DNA of 64,000 nt from a virus (lineage: Duplodnaviria; Caudoviricetes). The stretch lies in IMG/VR virus record IMGVR_UViG_3300033463_000041, positions 1 through 64,000 of that record. One strand, written 5' to 3'. Below the pieces are notes generated by a model. That model searched no databases. It saw only the letters and a list, made by a program, of their open reading frames with translations, and was not told the DNA's origin. The translations under genes and the position numbers were made by a program. Below are positions 29,083-39,162 of this stretch, piece after piece (the first letter of the stretch is position 1; the number at the start of each line of letters is the position of its first letter).

Positions 29083-29121
29083 TTGCAATATACTCATTTG
29101 TTGTATCTTCGTCAAGGGCAA
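29083..29121 (-). promoter_or_regulatory. Putative phage late promoter, copy 1
   Basis: TTGCCCTTGAC-N18-TATATTGCAA upstream of 29066. Confidence 0.75.
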
Positions 29122-29132
29122 GTTGAACCCAA

Positions 29133-30221
29133 TTAACCCTCTAACGCCAACGTTACCGTGAAATCCACATGTGGCATCTGCTGTTTTGTCTTGTCGTAGA
29201 TGTCGATGCTTTTCTTCGATGCTTCTACGATGACCGGCACATAGCGGCCCTTGTAGAGCATCCACCACTGCTTGGCCATTAGGAACTCCAGCGTCCACCA
29301 TTCGGCCCAGTCTCGCGTCTGATACCCAGACGACATTCCCCAGCTTCTTCTTCCTCCACTTGCTATTGCCATAAGCGAACGTTCTGGCTTGAACGTCGGA
29401 CGTCCTGCGCGGGCATACTGCTGTGTTTCCACCGTGATGTTCATATCCTCTTCCATCATTCCGCTGCAGGTCTCTACGGCTCCGCGACGGTTCACGAACA
29501 GGAAGTCAACATACGGACGGTAGTCACGCAACACAATGGGTGCATGGGCCGACTGTCCGTCTTCAGCCGTAATGGCTTTCGATGGGTAAAACAGCGAGCG
29601 CGTTGCACCCTCCTGTACATCTACCCACGATGTGATGCTATCCTCTCCTACCAGCTCAGGTGAACTGGTTGGCTTCGTGCTGGCATCGCCATTACGCAGA
29701 TTCGTATGTTCCAGATGCGACACATCGGCATCTTCCTTGTTTGCGATCAGCGAACGCTCCATCTCCGTCATTCCTCCCAACAGGCACTTACCTCCAGGAA
29801 TCAGTTTATTGCCATTGTCGTCTGTGCATTGCGTCGAGGTAAACACGCCTCCGTCGTCGCTCGAAAGGTATTCGGTGAATATCTCCAGCGTGTACGAACG
29901 CATGGCACGCGACTGTTCCTTGGCCGCTACGCTGGTAGCGGTCGTAGCCGCCTGCGCCTTGCCTACTTCATCCGTATAGTCGTAATCGCTCCATATAGCC
30001 CGAAGTGCCGACTGGATATTAAACTCTATGCTCGACTGTCTGCCCGTGTCCTGATGGAAGTCGCCCACACGTTTACCGCCATAGTTCACGTACACCCTGA
30101 CGATGTTAAACGGTGAACTGGCTGGCCATTGGAGTCCACTGATATTGATGATGACGGGAGCATCGGCAAAGTACGTCTTGCCGTTGCCGAACATCCCTGA
30201 TACTGTTACTATGTTTGCCAT
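29133..30221 (-). CDS. Putative tail/baseplate structural protein
   Basis: Beta-rich; in operon with the large tail gene. Confidence 0.55.
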   Translation of the reverse strand: MANIVTVSGMFGNGKTYFADAPVIINISGLQWPASSPFNIVRVYVNYGGKRVGDFHQDTGRQSSIEFNIQSALRAIWSDYDYTDEVGKAQAATTATSVAAKEQSRAMRSYTLEIFTEYLSSDDGGVFTSTQCTDDNGNKLIPGGKCLLGGMTEMERSLIANKEDADVSHLEHTNLRNGDASTKPTSSPELVGEDSITSWVDVQEGATRSLFYPSKAITAEDGQSAHAPIVLRDYRPYVDFLFVNRRGAVETCSGMMEEDMNITVETQQYARAGRPTFKPERSLMAIASGGRRSWGMSSGYQTRDWAEWWTLEFLMAKQWWMLYKGRYVPVIVEASKKSIDIYDKTKQQMPHVDFTVTLALEG

Positions 30222-30230
30222 AACTTGAAA

Positions 30231-33200
30231 CTAAATATACATAATCTCCATTGTCACATTCCCCAGTCCTGTCTTGTTGTTAACGGAGTACTGCATCTTG
30301 CGTATATATCCCGTGATGTCGCCGATAGTCACCTTTTTGTTCTTGTCGATGGCCAGCAACTGTGCCAGTTCCATGCGCACCGTGCGGTTGGCTATGCGGG
30401 CGTTTCTGATCCAAAAACTGTACTCCTTGTAGAACTGGTCTATCAGTCCACGACCACGCAGATTCGGATTGCTGATTTCCAGATAGCGGCGGTTGGTGGC
30501 GCTCTCTGGCTGCTTCGGGTCAAAGTACGGATTCAGTTTCTCGGCACGCAGTTTCAGCGAGAAGCGTCCGTCCGTAACACCCAGTCCGTTGTCAAGATCA
30601 CGCTCTGTAGCATAGCCGTAATAGACGGCTCTCAGATAGGCGAGGTCGCTCCAGTTCGGTGGGTTGACGGCATAGATGAGTCTCAGGTTATCGTGGTTCA
30701 CAAGGTCAAACTGGTATTGGTTCCACAAGTTGAGAATGTATTCTTTTAGTTCTTCTCTGGTGTAAACCGACGGTCCCATATACGAACGGGTGGAAGATGC
30801 AGCTATCGGAGTGGCATAGACATTCACGTATCCTTCAGATGGAGAGTTGATGACCAGCTTGTAGTAATAATACTTGGCTTGTCGTGTCAGGTCGCCGCTG
30901 ACCTCCCATCCTGCGTTGGCAAGTTCCTGCACCGTTACCGGCCATCTTGGATCAAGTATGGTGTTGGCCGTATCAGGATAGCGCGAACGGATTTCCGACT
31001 CCGCTTCTGCAGAATCAACATGTATCGTTCCGTTGTAATCCCACTCGTTGCCGTAGTTGTCGCAGGTGTCAGGGTGGGCAGATACATTGCTGCCTGGCAT
31101 CACCTCCCACGTATTGTTTCCTTCTCCATCGTCCGGGTCAGCCGTATATTCCACGTGCATATCGCTGCCACTGCCGCGCATGATGCCAAGCGTCAGGCCC
31201 CAGTCCTTTGTCTCAATGGGTGTCACGCCATCGTCGTTCGGCTCGAAGTTGTCCTGCAGGTACAGTCGGTAGCCTTCGTTGATGTGACCGTCAATATTGA
31301 AACTTACGGGCCAGTGGATGTCAAAGGAATCGTAGTATTTATAGTCATGACCGCCTTCGCCATCGTAACCATCTCTTTCTAACAAGACTCTACTTGTAAG
31401 ATTGATGTTCAGTCCGTTTCGTCTTGCAAACATATCCGATGCAATGGCAAACTCACCAGGCTTGACGATGCCGTCATCCGACGTCATCTTAGAATCGGAC
31501 CCCGGACCGTGTTTGGCATACAAATCGTCAACACTGTACATTGCATCCGCATCGTCGTATGACTTAATGTTTGGCTGACCTTCCTTTGGCAGGTCTTCCA
31601 AGTCTGGACGGCGCGGCCGCATGGAAGCATCAACAAACAAGGCGTATCGCTGCTCCTCAGATTCTCCGTCACGCTGTTTCTCGAAGTTCACATCGTTCAT
31701 GATCGCTGGAGCAAAGCCAACCTGAATGGTCTCAATCGTTTCCTCTTCGCCCGTGCAATCGCCATCCTCTGCATCCATGTATCCTGCGTACTCGAAGAGC
31801 GACGGATGCAATTCGTCGTATCGCTTTGCATCCTTGTCAACCTTGATTCCAAAGGCGTCGCCTGTCTTCGGGTCAACATAACAGGTCTTGTCGAACGCTG
31901 ACACCTTGTGGATAAGGCTGCCGTAGTCGGCATTCAGATTCCAATGCGAATAGTCGTGTTTGTCGCTGTCGTCAACCCATATTTCCTTCTTGTGCGGCAA
32001 CTTGTCGGCAAAGCCCTTATAGTAGAATGTCGTGTCTTCGCTGTCTCCGTATGTCATGCGGAAGCCGCGAATACAATTCTCCAGCTTCCCCTCAGAAATA
32101 ATCTCGCACTCGATATTCTGTACATCATCGCTACGGAAGATGTTACGCAGTAGCACAATGCGGACGCGCTGATAGTTGTCGGTAAACAAGAAGCGCACGC
32201 CAAAGCCACTCTCTATAGCCTTGATAACCTCGCTGATGTCCGCGTTTGGGAAACATTCGCTGGTGGCAATGGCATCGTGCAGGTAGCGGTTTTTTGCCAA
32301 TGACTTATTACCGTTATATCCGTCGTAGTATGCCCTGACAGAATCGCTCATACCTGCTACCTCCTTCACTTTAACAATAATTCGGTCAATTTGAAGGTTT
32401 TCTATTTTCCTGTCAATGGCTATAACATCTTCCGGTGCAACGTCATTATGGTCGTATGAAGGTGTTCCGACGGTGATTCCAGAACTTGTAAAACCACAGT
32501 CTTCAGGCTTTGTGATTTTCTGCGGGCCATTGAACCTCTTGCCATCCTTTTCGCCGAAATATTCAGGAACCAAGTCACCGCCACTTCCGAACTGATACTT
32601 CCCGAGCGACCAGTCGTATTTGTTCGGATTACGCAAATACTTCGGCTCTTTATAGGCACAGTTGGTGTTTACAAAGAACAGTCGGCGAAGGTCTTCAACG
32701 TCCATCATCTGATTTTCGTCGATATGAATACCGAGGTGTTTCATCAGTGATTTGATCCAGTAGATGACGAAGAAATTAGGCGCAGAGTTTACGCGGTTGG
32801 CAGGCATCACGTCATAGCCGCGTTGCGCTTCCGGCTCGCTTGCGTAATCGTTATAGGTGCTTCCGTCCTGGTTCTTTTTCAAGTAGCCGGACTTCTGATA
32901 GCAGAGGGCAATATTGCAATACGGGTGTGCATCGTCGTATGGCGTGTCGGTGTTCAGACAGTTTATCTCTTCATCGTTGACACCTGTCTTCCAGTTGTCG
33001 AACTTTCCTTTCGGGAATACCATTCGCGGATATTGCTGAACAGAATTGCCGTCTTCTTCACCGTCAAACGAGAAGGGTGTCAGCTCTGGATCTTCATCGC
33101 CAATCTCTACGGCATGAACCGTATGCGTAACGACCGATGGGTACGATGTGCTGCCGTCAGAGAATACAGCAGAAGCCGTGAGCTTCAAATTGGTACATGC

Positions 33201-33635
33201 CCAACGTTTGCGCCACAATGCCACGCCAATTCTCACGTCGCTCATCATCGGCACCTGGTTTGCCTTGGCACCCTCTATCATCTCGTCGAAGGTCTTCTGG
33301 CCGCTCTCAAAGCCTACGTCCACATTGCCCTTTGCATCCACTTCCACCTCATCGTCCAGTTTCAGATAGCCATAGTAGAGAGCCACCTCCTCTACCCACA
33401 AACGCGCCCGGCGCTTGTTGATCTGCTCATGCAGACGACTCCCGTGCATGTCACCTGCCGTGCCGAAGATGTGGGCATTGGCACGGACGTTCAGCGTAAA
33501 CGAATGGCTCCACACGTCACCGCTGGCGAAGACTTCGCTGGTATCGGTAATCGTGATGCTGGCATCCTCTGGCAGCCAGGCAAATTTACTGCCCGTGCCT
33601 TCGAGGTCGAAGATTTCAAGTCTGAGATGTTCCAT
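30231..33635 (-). CDS. Large putative tail (hub/Tal-like) protein
   Basis: 1134 aa; N-terminal SHSFTL...NAHIFG pattern like siphophage tail proteins; preceded by a late promoter. Confidence 0.6.
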   Translation of the reverse strand: MEHLRLEIFDLEGTGSKFAWLPEDASITITDTSEVFASGDVWSHSFTLNVRANAHIFGTAGDMHGSRLHEQINKRRARLWVEEVALYYGYLKLDDEVEVDAKGNVDVGFESGQKTFDEMIEGAKANQVPMMSDVRIGVALWRKRWACTNLKLTASAVFSDGSTSYPSVVTHTVHAVEIGDEDPELTPFSFDGEEDGNSVQQYPRMVFPKGKFDNWKTGVNDEEINCLNTDTPYDDAHPYCNIALCYQKSGYLKKNQDGSTYNDYASEPEAQRGYDVMPANRVNSAPNFFVIYWIKSLMKHLGIHIDENQMMDVEDLRRLFFVNTNCAYKEPKYLRNPNKYDWSLGKYQFGSGGDLVPEYFGEKDGKRFNGPQKITKPEDCGFTSSGITVGTPSYDHNDVAPEDVIAIDRKIENLQIDRIIVKVKEVAGMSDSVRAYYDGYNGNKSLAKNRYLHDAIATSECFPNADISEVIKAIESGFGVRFLFTDNYQRVRIVLLRNIFRSDDVQNIECEIISEGKLENCIRGFRMTYGDSEDTTFYYKGFADKLPHKKEIWVDDSDKHDYSHWNLNADYGSLIHKVSAFDKTCYVDPKTGDAFGIKVDKDAKRYDELHPSLFEYAGYMDAEDGDCTGEEETIETIQVGFAPAIMNDVNFEKQRDGESEEQRYALFVDASMRPRRPDLEDLPKEGQPNIKSYDDADAMYSVDDLYAKHGPGSDSKMTSDDGIVKPGEFAIASDMFARRNGLNINLTSRVLLERDGYDGEGGHDYKYYDSFDIHWPVSFNIDGHINEGYRLYLQDNFEPNDDGVTPIETKDWGLTLGIMRGSGSDMHVEYTADPDDGEGNNTWEVMPGSNVSAHPDTCDNYGNEWDYNGTIHVDSAEAESEIRSRYPDTANTILDPRWPVTVQELANAGWEVSGDLTRQAKYYYYKLVINSPSEGYVNVYATPIAASSTRSYMGPSVYTREELKEYILNLWNQYQFDLVNHDNLRLIYAVNPPNWSDLAYLRAVYYGYATERDLDNGLGVTDGRFSLKLRAEKLNPYFDPKQPESATNRRYLEISNPNLRGRGLIDQFYKEYSFWIRNARIANRTVRMELAQLLAIDKNKKVTIGDITGYIRKMQYSVNNKTGLGNVTMEIMYI

Positions 33636-33651
33636 ATTTATATTTATTTTC

Positions 33652-33745
33652 CTCCAATATCGTCATTCCGCACACAAAAGTCAAGGGCAAATAGCATCGG
33701 TTCAGGTTGCCCTTGACTTTATTTCTCCTATATAGTATATTGCGG
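33652..33745. promoter_or_regulatory. Back-to-back late promoters, copies 2 (-) and 3 (+)
   Basis: Minus 33652-33690 TTGCCCTTGAC-N18-GATATTGGAG; plus 33707-33745 TTGCCCTTGAC-N18-TATATTGCGG. Confidence 0.8.
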
Positions 33746-33758
33746 GAAAAAGAAAGAT

Positions 33759-36700
33759 ATGCCCCGCACCTCTGCCGTACACTACATAGCGCCCTCTGCC
33801 ATCAGCATTACGCCGAACGCCAACAGTTCGGCTAACGACCTTGCTGTCTTTGTGGCCCGTGGTGCGAAAATCAAGGTGTACAGTCAGGGTATTGTTGAAC
33901 TGGGCTGGGAAGACGGCACCTTCCAGGAATGGACGCTTCGCGGACGTAACCGACAGTTGACCGACAACACGAAGCCCTATACCATCTATGCCAGACTGCC
34001 GAAATCGAACAAGGCGAACGGCTATCTGGTGTTTGCACAGAAAGACCGTCGCGATGAAGGTTGGCAGGACAGGTACTGCTACGTGACACAAAACGGTCTG
34101 TCGCCGCAGTATATCAGCGGCAAAGGCGGTGCCAGCGTGAGGGACAACATGAACTGGTGGATCAAGTTGGGCGAGGTCAGCCTGCCTGAGAACAACCAGC
34201 GTACCGTTACGCTCGACACGGGTATTCTGGGCACCGACCAGTATAACAACGACTGGAACCTGAACCCTGACGAACTGCCGCTGCGCATCGAACTCGACTG
34301 TAGCATCGACAGCAAGGATGCGGGCAACCGCCCCTACGTGGAATGGGGACAGGAGCTGATTATGCGCGCCCGTCTGGTGGAAGGCTGGACCGACACTGAT
34401 GTGGCCCGCTTCGACCACTGGGAGATTCGCCGTAATACAGGCGACGATACCGATGATGCCCGCTGGAACGCACTTGACCGTTCGACAGGATTCGGTCGCA
34501 ACGGAAACATCACCCTGAGTCATGCCCGTGGTGCGGGCGACGATTTCAACGGAGCGGTATCAACCACCTTTACCATCATCGCAATGGGCACGACCGACGA
34601 AGGCGGTTCTTCTTCGTCGGATTCGTCGTCTTCATCATCTTCCTCTTCATCAAGCAGCAGCGACGGGCTTGTGCCTATTGCTGCCACCACCCTGAACGTC
34701 ATGACCGAGACGGTGGAGCAGTATGCGCTGGAGCTTTCTACCAGCGTCGCCTCATACGACCCGACCACAGACGTATATAGCCCCATCGACGGCATCAAGG
34801 TCTGCATCCGTGCCACCGACCAAAAGGGCAACGTGTTCAAGCTGACACGCGGACAGATGGAAAGTGCCGCACTGGCCGTGCAGTATGCACTGGCCGACAG
34901 CGAGGCATGGACTACGATGGAGTTCAATGGTGCCGCCACCGAACTGGCTGAGTCTGTGCTTGACATCCGCGTGTTCTACGCCCATCAGAATGTCAACATG
35001 CGCATCGTGAAGGTGGTACCAAACAGCGATTCCGACAGTTCGACAAGCAGCAGCTCCGACAGCAATCCAAGATTGGTGGAACTCTACCGCACACCCATCG
35101 CCTTTGTCCGCAATGGTGAGGATAGCCGTGAGCGAGAATGGATCTACCTGCGCTCTGAAGGCCCGCTGACATTCGGCGAAGACCCCGAGGGCAACCTGCT
35201 GCCCGCTCTGATAAGTGGTGGTGAGGTGGAACCGGCTGGTGCAGCCACCGGTCTTGACACCAACAAGCAGCAGGACGGCTGGGTGCCAAATGGCTGGTGG
35301 GACGAGATGCAGGGCACCGACGATACTTACCATTACGAGTACGGAGCCTACCGCGACTGGATACGCAACGAGGCTTCCAGCAGCTCTTCATCGAGCGAAA
35401 GCAGTACGTCGGACGACGAGCGTTCTGGCGGTCATTGGGGCGAGTTCACCACACCGCGCATCTGGAGCTACTATGCCGAGGACGCCGTCATCTACCGCTG
35501 CCGATGGACGCTCAACGGCGTAGAGGTGTTCCAACTGAAGGCCGCCTATAGCGGAGCCTTCCGTGGCACGCTGCCGTTGGTGGCCACACTGATGAAGCGT
35601 GTGGGAAACAACCCTGAGCAACAGGTAACGGCTACCTCTTCCATCGTCACCGTCAACTTCGACGGACTATCTGCCGAGTCGCAGCCGTCACCCTATAACG
35701 TCACCAATCCGCAGTTCACCATAGGCAGCGGTGAAGGACAGCATCCTGAGTTCGTGCCGTTCCTGAGCAATGTCGCCCTGAGCGCCATCAACATCACCTT
35801 CAACGTCGGAGGCGAACCACATGTGTTCAGCATCCCCGTCATCCGCGAGGCCGACGAAGACTCGGTGAAGGACACCATCGACCAGTACGGCTCGACGCTG
35901 TTCCTCTCGAAGCTCCACGATGACATTGCTGCCGGAAAGATAACCTTCCAGGATATCGCCATGTTCCTGCAGGGCTTGAAGATTGGCGGTGCCAGCAGCC
36001 TTTACGGCATTACTGGCAGCGGCAATGCCTCCTTTGCGCAGATTGTCTTTGATACAATCCTGAAATCGTTCGGTGCCAACCCGAGCTTCATCGGCGGCAA
36101 CGGCATCCACATGGATGCGTCCACCGGCCATATCGCCACCGACTCGCTCGATGTGCGCGGCTGGATGCGCATCATGGAGCTGATCATTAACCGCCTGCAG
36201 CTCATGGAAAGCGACTACTCGTTTACCGAGGGCGCAACCACCGAGCACTTCGACATAGGCCCCAACGGCAACCACATGACCGTCACCGTGCATAAGGAGC
36301 ACGACAATGACTACCTGCCGTTCTATCCTGGCGACATCCTGTATGCCAAGATCAACGACCTGCTGCCTGCAGGACAGGTGCCAGACGGTCATACCGCCAC
36401 AGAACACGGCTCGTACTACACCGTGTGGGTTCGCGTGCTGAGCACCAACATGAACGACAATACAATGGTCCTCGTGCCTTACCTCGGACGTAATGCCGAA
36501 GGGCCGATAGTGCCGGGTGCCGTGAACTTTACGCCGCAGGGAATGGGAATCAGCGGGGCTGGCGCACCGGCAGGCAGCGATTTCTACACCTCCTACAACG
36601 AGGCGCTGCAAGCCGAGTATGCACTATACCCGGAAGGCTATGACAAGGCCATCACATTTACACGACACGGCAACGTGGCCGACGGCATCGACCCCGCAAC

Positions 36701-37718
36701 GGGGCTGCCCTCTGCCAGCATACTGTCTTCGCAGAAAAACCGCCAGCAGGCATGGGTACTGTCTACCACCGACAAGCGTCTGACATTCTTCTGGAATGTT
36801 GACAAGCCAATCGTAGATGAAGACAACTACGCCCTGTGTCTGGGCATACTGCCACAGCTCAGCTGCCTGCCTTACGACTCGAACGGAAATCCCGTATGGA
36901 ACGTAGACATGCCGTCGTTGTTCGTCAACACCGTCTTCTACAGTCACATGCACCGCATCAACTGGCCTGCCAAGGTTGTTAAGGAAGACCGTGGGCAATG
37001 GACGGCTACGCCAAAGGCAACCTATACTGGCGTGACGGGAACGCGGACACCCGACGGAACGCTTGACAGTGCCATAGCTACAGCACTCGGATGGACGGGC
37101 ACGTCGCCACTCTCGTTTACGGAGGGTCAGGAGATTGACGAACCCTATCACTTCAAGGCCATCACCCGCAACCGCTGGATCAGCATGCGCCTGTCTGCCG
37201 CCCATAACAGCCTCTCAGACGCCAACCTTTATAAGAAGATGACGAAGGAGTGGACTGAGGAAAACGACCTGGAGACCAGCCGCGTGTGGAATGGTGGGAA
37301 ATTGTGGGAAGCACTTGTAGACTGTCCATCCCAGCAGCCTTCATATAACAGTTCACAGTGGCAATATATTTCCGGGACTGGAATATGGGATATGCAGTTC
37401 TGTGATGCCAACGGTTATCCGTACACCAATGTCATTCCGGCCTGTCCTGGCTATGTGAACCTGACAATATTGCCAAAGGTGATGTGGGGCGATGACGATA
37501 TGAGTTCAGAAGTGACATCGTGGGCCTGGCATAAATATTTCGCTAACGGCGCGGAAGATACGGGATGGGGTGCTCTTCATGCCACCAGACAGATAACAAT
37601 CACCGATGCGGATATGCCTGCTGCATGGAGCCGTCAGAACCCCGTTATCTTTGAGTGTGTGGCAACGTTAAATGGCGTTGATATTCAGATAGTAAAGACT
37701 GTTGGATTTGGAACGTAA
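33759..37718 (+). CDS. Large tail/tail-fibre structural protein with poly-Ser tracts
   Basis: 1319 aa; FLSKLHDDIAAGKITF motif seen in Bacteroidales phage tail proteins; three Ser-rich linkers. Confidence 0.7.
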   Translation: MPRTSAVHYIAPSAISITPNANSSANDLAVFVARGAKIKVYSQGIVELGWEDGTFQEWTLRGRNRQLTDNTKPYTIYARLPKSNKANGYLVFAQKDRRDEGWQDRYCYVTQNGLSPQYISGKGGASVRDNMNWWIKLGEVSLPENNQRTVTLDTGILGTDQYNNDWNLNPDELPLRIELDCSIDSKDAGNRPYVEWGQELIMRARLVEGWTDTDVARFDHWEIRRNTGDDTDDARWNALDRSTGFGRNGNITLSHARGAGDDFNGAVSTTFTIIAMGTTDEGGSSSSDSSSSSSSSSSSSSDGLVPIAATTLNVMTETVEQYALELSTSVASYDPTTDVYSPIDGIKVCIRATDQKGNVFKLTRGQMESAALAVQYALADSEAWTTMEFNGAATELAESVLDIRVFYAHQNVNMRIVKVVPNSDSDSSTSSSSDSNPRLVELYRTPIAFVRNGEDSREREWIYLRSEGPLTFGEDPEGNLLPALISGGEVEPAGAATGLDTNKQQDGWVPNGWWDEMQGTDDTYHYEYGAYRDWIRNEASSSSSSSESSTSDDERSGGHWGEFTTPRIWSYYAEDAVIYRCRWTLNGVEVFQLKAAYSGAFRGTLPLVATLMKRVGNNPEQQVTATSSIVTVNFDGLSAESQPSPYNVTNPQFTIGSGEGQHPEFVPFLSNVALSAINITFNVGGEPHVFSIPVIREADEDSVKDTIDQYGSTLFLSKLHDDIAAGKITFQDIAMFLQGLKIGGASSLYGITGSGNASFAQIVFDTILKSFGANPSFIGGNGIHMDASTGHIATDSLDVRGWMRIMELIINRLQLMESDYSFTEGATTEHFDIGPNGNHMTVTVHKEHDNDYLPFYPGDILYAKINDLLPAGQVPDGHTATEHGSYYTVWVRVLSTNMNDNTMVLVPYLGRNAEGPIVPGAVNFTPQGMGISGAGAPAGSDFYTSYNEALQAEYALYPEGYDKAITFTRHGNVADGIDPATGLPSASILSSQKNRQQAWVLSTTDKRLTFFWNVDKPIVDEDNYALCLGILPQLSCLPYDSNGNPVWNVDMPSLFVNTVFYSHMHRINWPAKVVKEDRGQWTATPKATYTGVTGTRTPDGTLDSAIATALGWTGTSPLSFTEGQEIDEPYHFKAITRNRWISMRLSAAHNSLSDANLYKKMTKEWTEENDLETSRVWNGGKLWEALVDCPSQQPSYNSSQWQYISGTGIWDMQFCDANGYPYTNVIPACPGYVNLTILPKVMWGDDDMSSEVTSWAWHKYFANGAEDTGWGALHATRQITITDADMPAAWSRQNPVIFECVATLNGVDIQIVKTVGFGT

Positions 37719-37730
37719 ACAGAAATAAAT

Positions 37731-38885
37731 ATGAAAAGAATAAATGCAAGCCAGATGAACGTCGATTCCCTCTACTCTCCGTTGAGCGAGATGGTAGAGA
37801 TGGTATGCGTTGGTGGCCGTTCGCTTGAGCAATGGTACTATGTGACTGCAGGATTGTGGTCGCCGAATCGCCGCACGGTTCCTCTGACGCTGCGCCCGAC
37901 GGTAAACGTGACCGACCCGGACACAGGACGTGCATACACGCCGACGTTGACAGGTTCCCTATGGTACTACCGTACACATGGTGCAAGCAGTTGGACACAG
38001 ATAACAAACACGACTGAGAGTGCCGATGCACCATTCACGAAGAAATCAAATCACGATCTGGTTGTACGTGCCAATTTTACTGCTGAGATACGCTGCGACC
38101 TTGTGTATGCAGACCCTCGCAACGGGCTCTCCGTAAACACTACCGTTTATGCTACAATCATCACCAACGAGGATTCTGACTCTGTTTACAACGTGCATAT
38201 CACGACAGATGCAGAAGGCTATGAGTTTTCTCCGCTGACAGAGGACAGTTCTTTGAAGACGCTTCATGCCCATGCGACGCTTGGTGAAAGCAACGTAAGT
38301 TCACAGGTCATTTTCCAGTGGTACACTTTGCAGAACGGTCAGGAAACCCTGATCGGCACAGATGACCCTGCATACGTTTCAGGTCAGGGTACGGCGACGC
38401 TCACTATCAATGCACTGTTCGCAGAGAAGTTCCCGATCATACTACGAATAAAGCGGAACAGCAATGCTGACTTAGAGCCTTGCCGCGACCAGATCGCAAT
38501 AGTATGGCGCATACCGAATATGACAGGTGAGGTGTATTCTCCGCAGGGAGCAGCCGTAAAGCCAGATACAGGTGGGCAGATGGAATTTCTGCCCATCTAC
38601 CATACGTCGCAGGGAACGCTGCCAGACCAGAAGGTGCGCGAGAACCTGCGCATCAAGTGGAGCCGACGTAACTCGGCAGGAGCATTCAGTAGCGTTGGCT
38701 GGGGATTTAACAATCTTCAACAGGTGAACGATTTGAGGACAAACGGACAGACATCAACGCTAATGCAGGCCGAAGCCTACTTGCGCGGACCGTACAGACA
38801 GGTTGTGTCTGGTAACAAGGGCGTCACCATCACCATCGACGGAACCACCTATAATGTTGTGGAGCGTGAGATAGAAGACGAATAA
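37731..38885 (+). CDS. Putative tail structural protein (Ig-like repeats)
   Basis: Thr/Ser-rich beta protein; FQWY motif. Confidence 0.6.
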   Translation: MKRINASQMNVDSLYSPLSEMVEMVCVGGRSLEQWYYVTAGLWSPNRRTVPLTLRPTVNVTDPDTGRAYTPTLTGSLWYYRTHGASSWTQITNTTESADAPFTKKSNHDLVVRANFTAEIRCDLVYADPRNGLSVNTTVYATIITNEDSDSVYNVHITTDAEGYEFSPLTEDSSLKTLHAHATLGESNVSSQVIFQWYTLQNGQETLIGTDDPAYVSGQGTATLTINALFAEKFPIILRIKRNSNADLEPCRDQIAIVWRIPNMTGEVYSPQGAAVKPDTGGQMEFLPIYHTSQGTLPDQKVRENLRIKWSRRNSAGAFSSVGWGFNNLQQVNDLRTNGQTSTLMQAEAYLRGPYRQVVSGNKGVTITIDGTTYNVVEREIEDE

Positions 38886-38905
38886 ACGATAAGGAGATAT
38901 AAGAT

Positions 38906-39157
38906 ATGATAGACGATACCATCTACCTGGCCACCGCTAATGTGGCACAACGCGCAGGAGTCTATGAGACAGCCTACCAAGTAAAGGACGGTCGCTTTGT
39001 GGTTGACCGTAATGACATACGCCGCATACGATTGACGGGCGACGAATATCTGACAGGAATACAGGGTATTGAGAAAATCAGTCAGCAGCAGGCAGAGGTG
39101 CTGATTAGTGAAAACCACTACCGTCGCGCCGGCGACCCAAACGATAAAGAGGAGTAA
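38906..39157 (+). CDS. Small tail-operon protein
   Basis: ORF within the tail operon. Confidence 0.65.
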   Translation: MIDDTIYLATANVAQRAGVYETAYQVKDGRFVVDRNDIRRIRLTGDEYLTGIQGIEKISQQQAEVLISENHYRRAGDPNDKEE

Positions 39158-39162
39158 CGACT

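Noticed and set aside
29632-33735. Plus-strand ORFs overlapping the minus-strand tail genes, and similar shadows at 56795-63798
   Set aside because: Shadow frames of strongly codon-biased real genes
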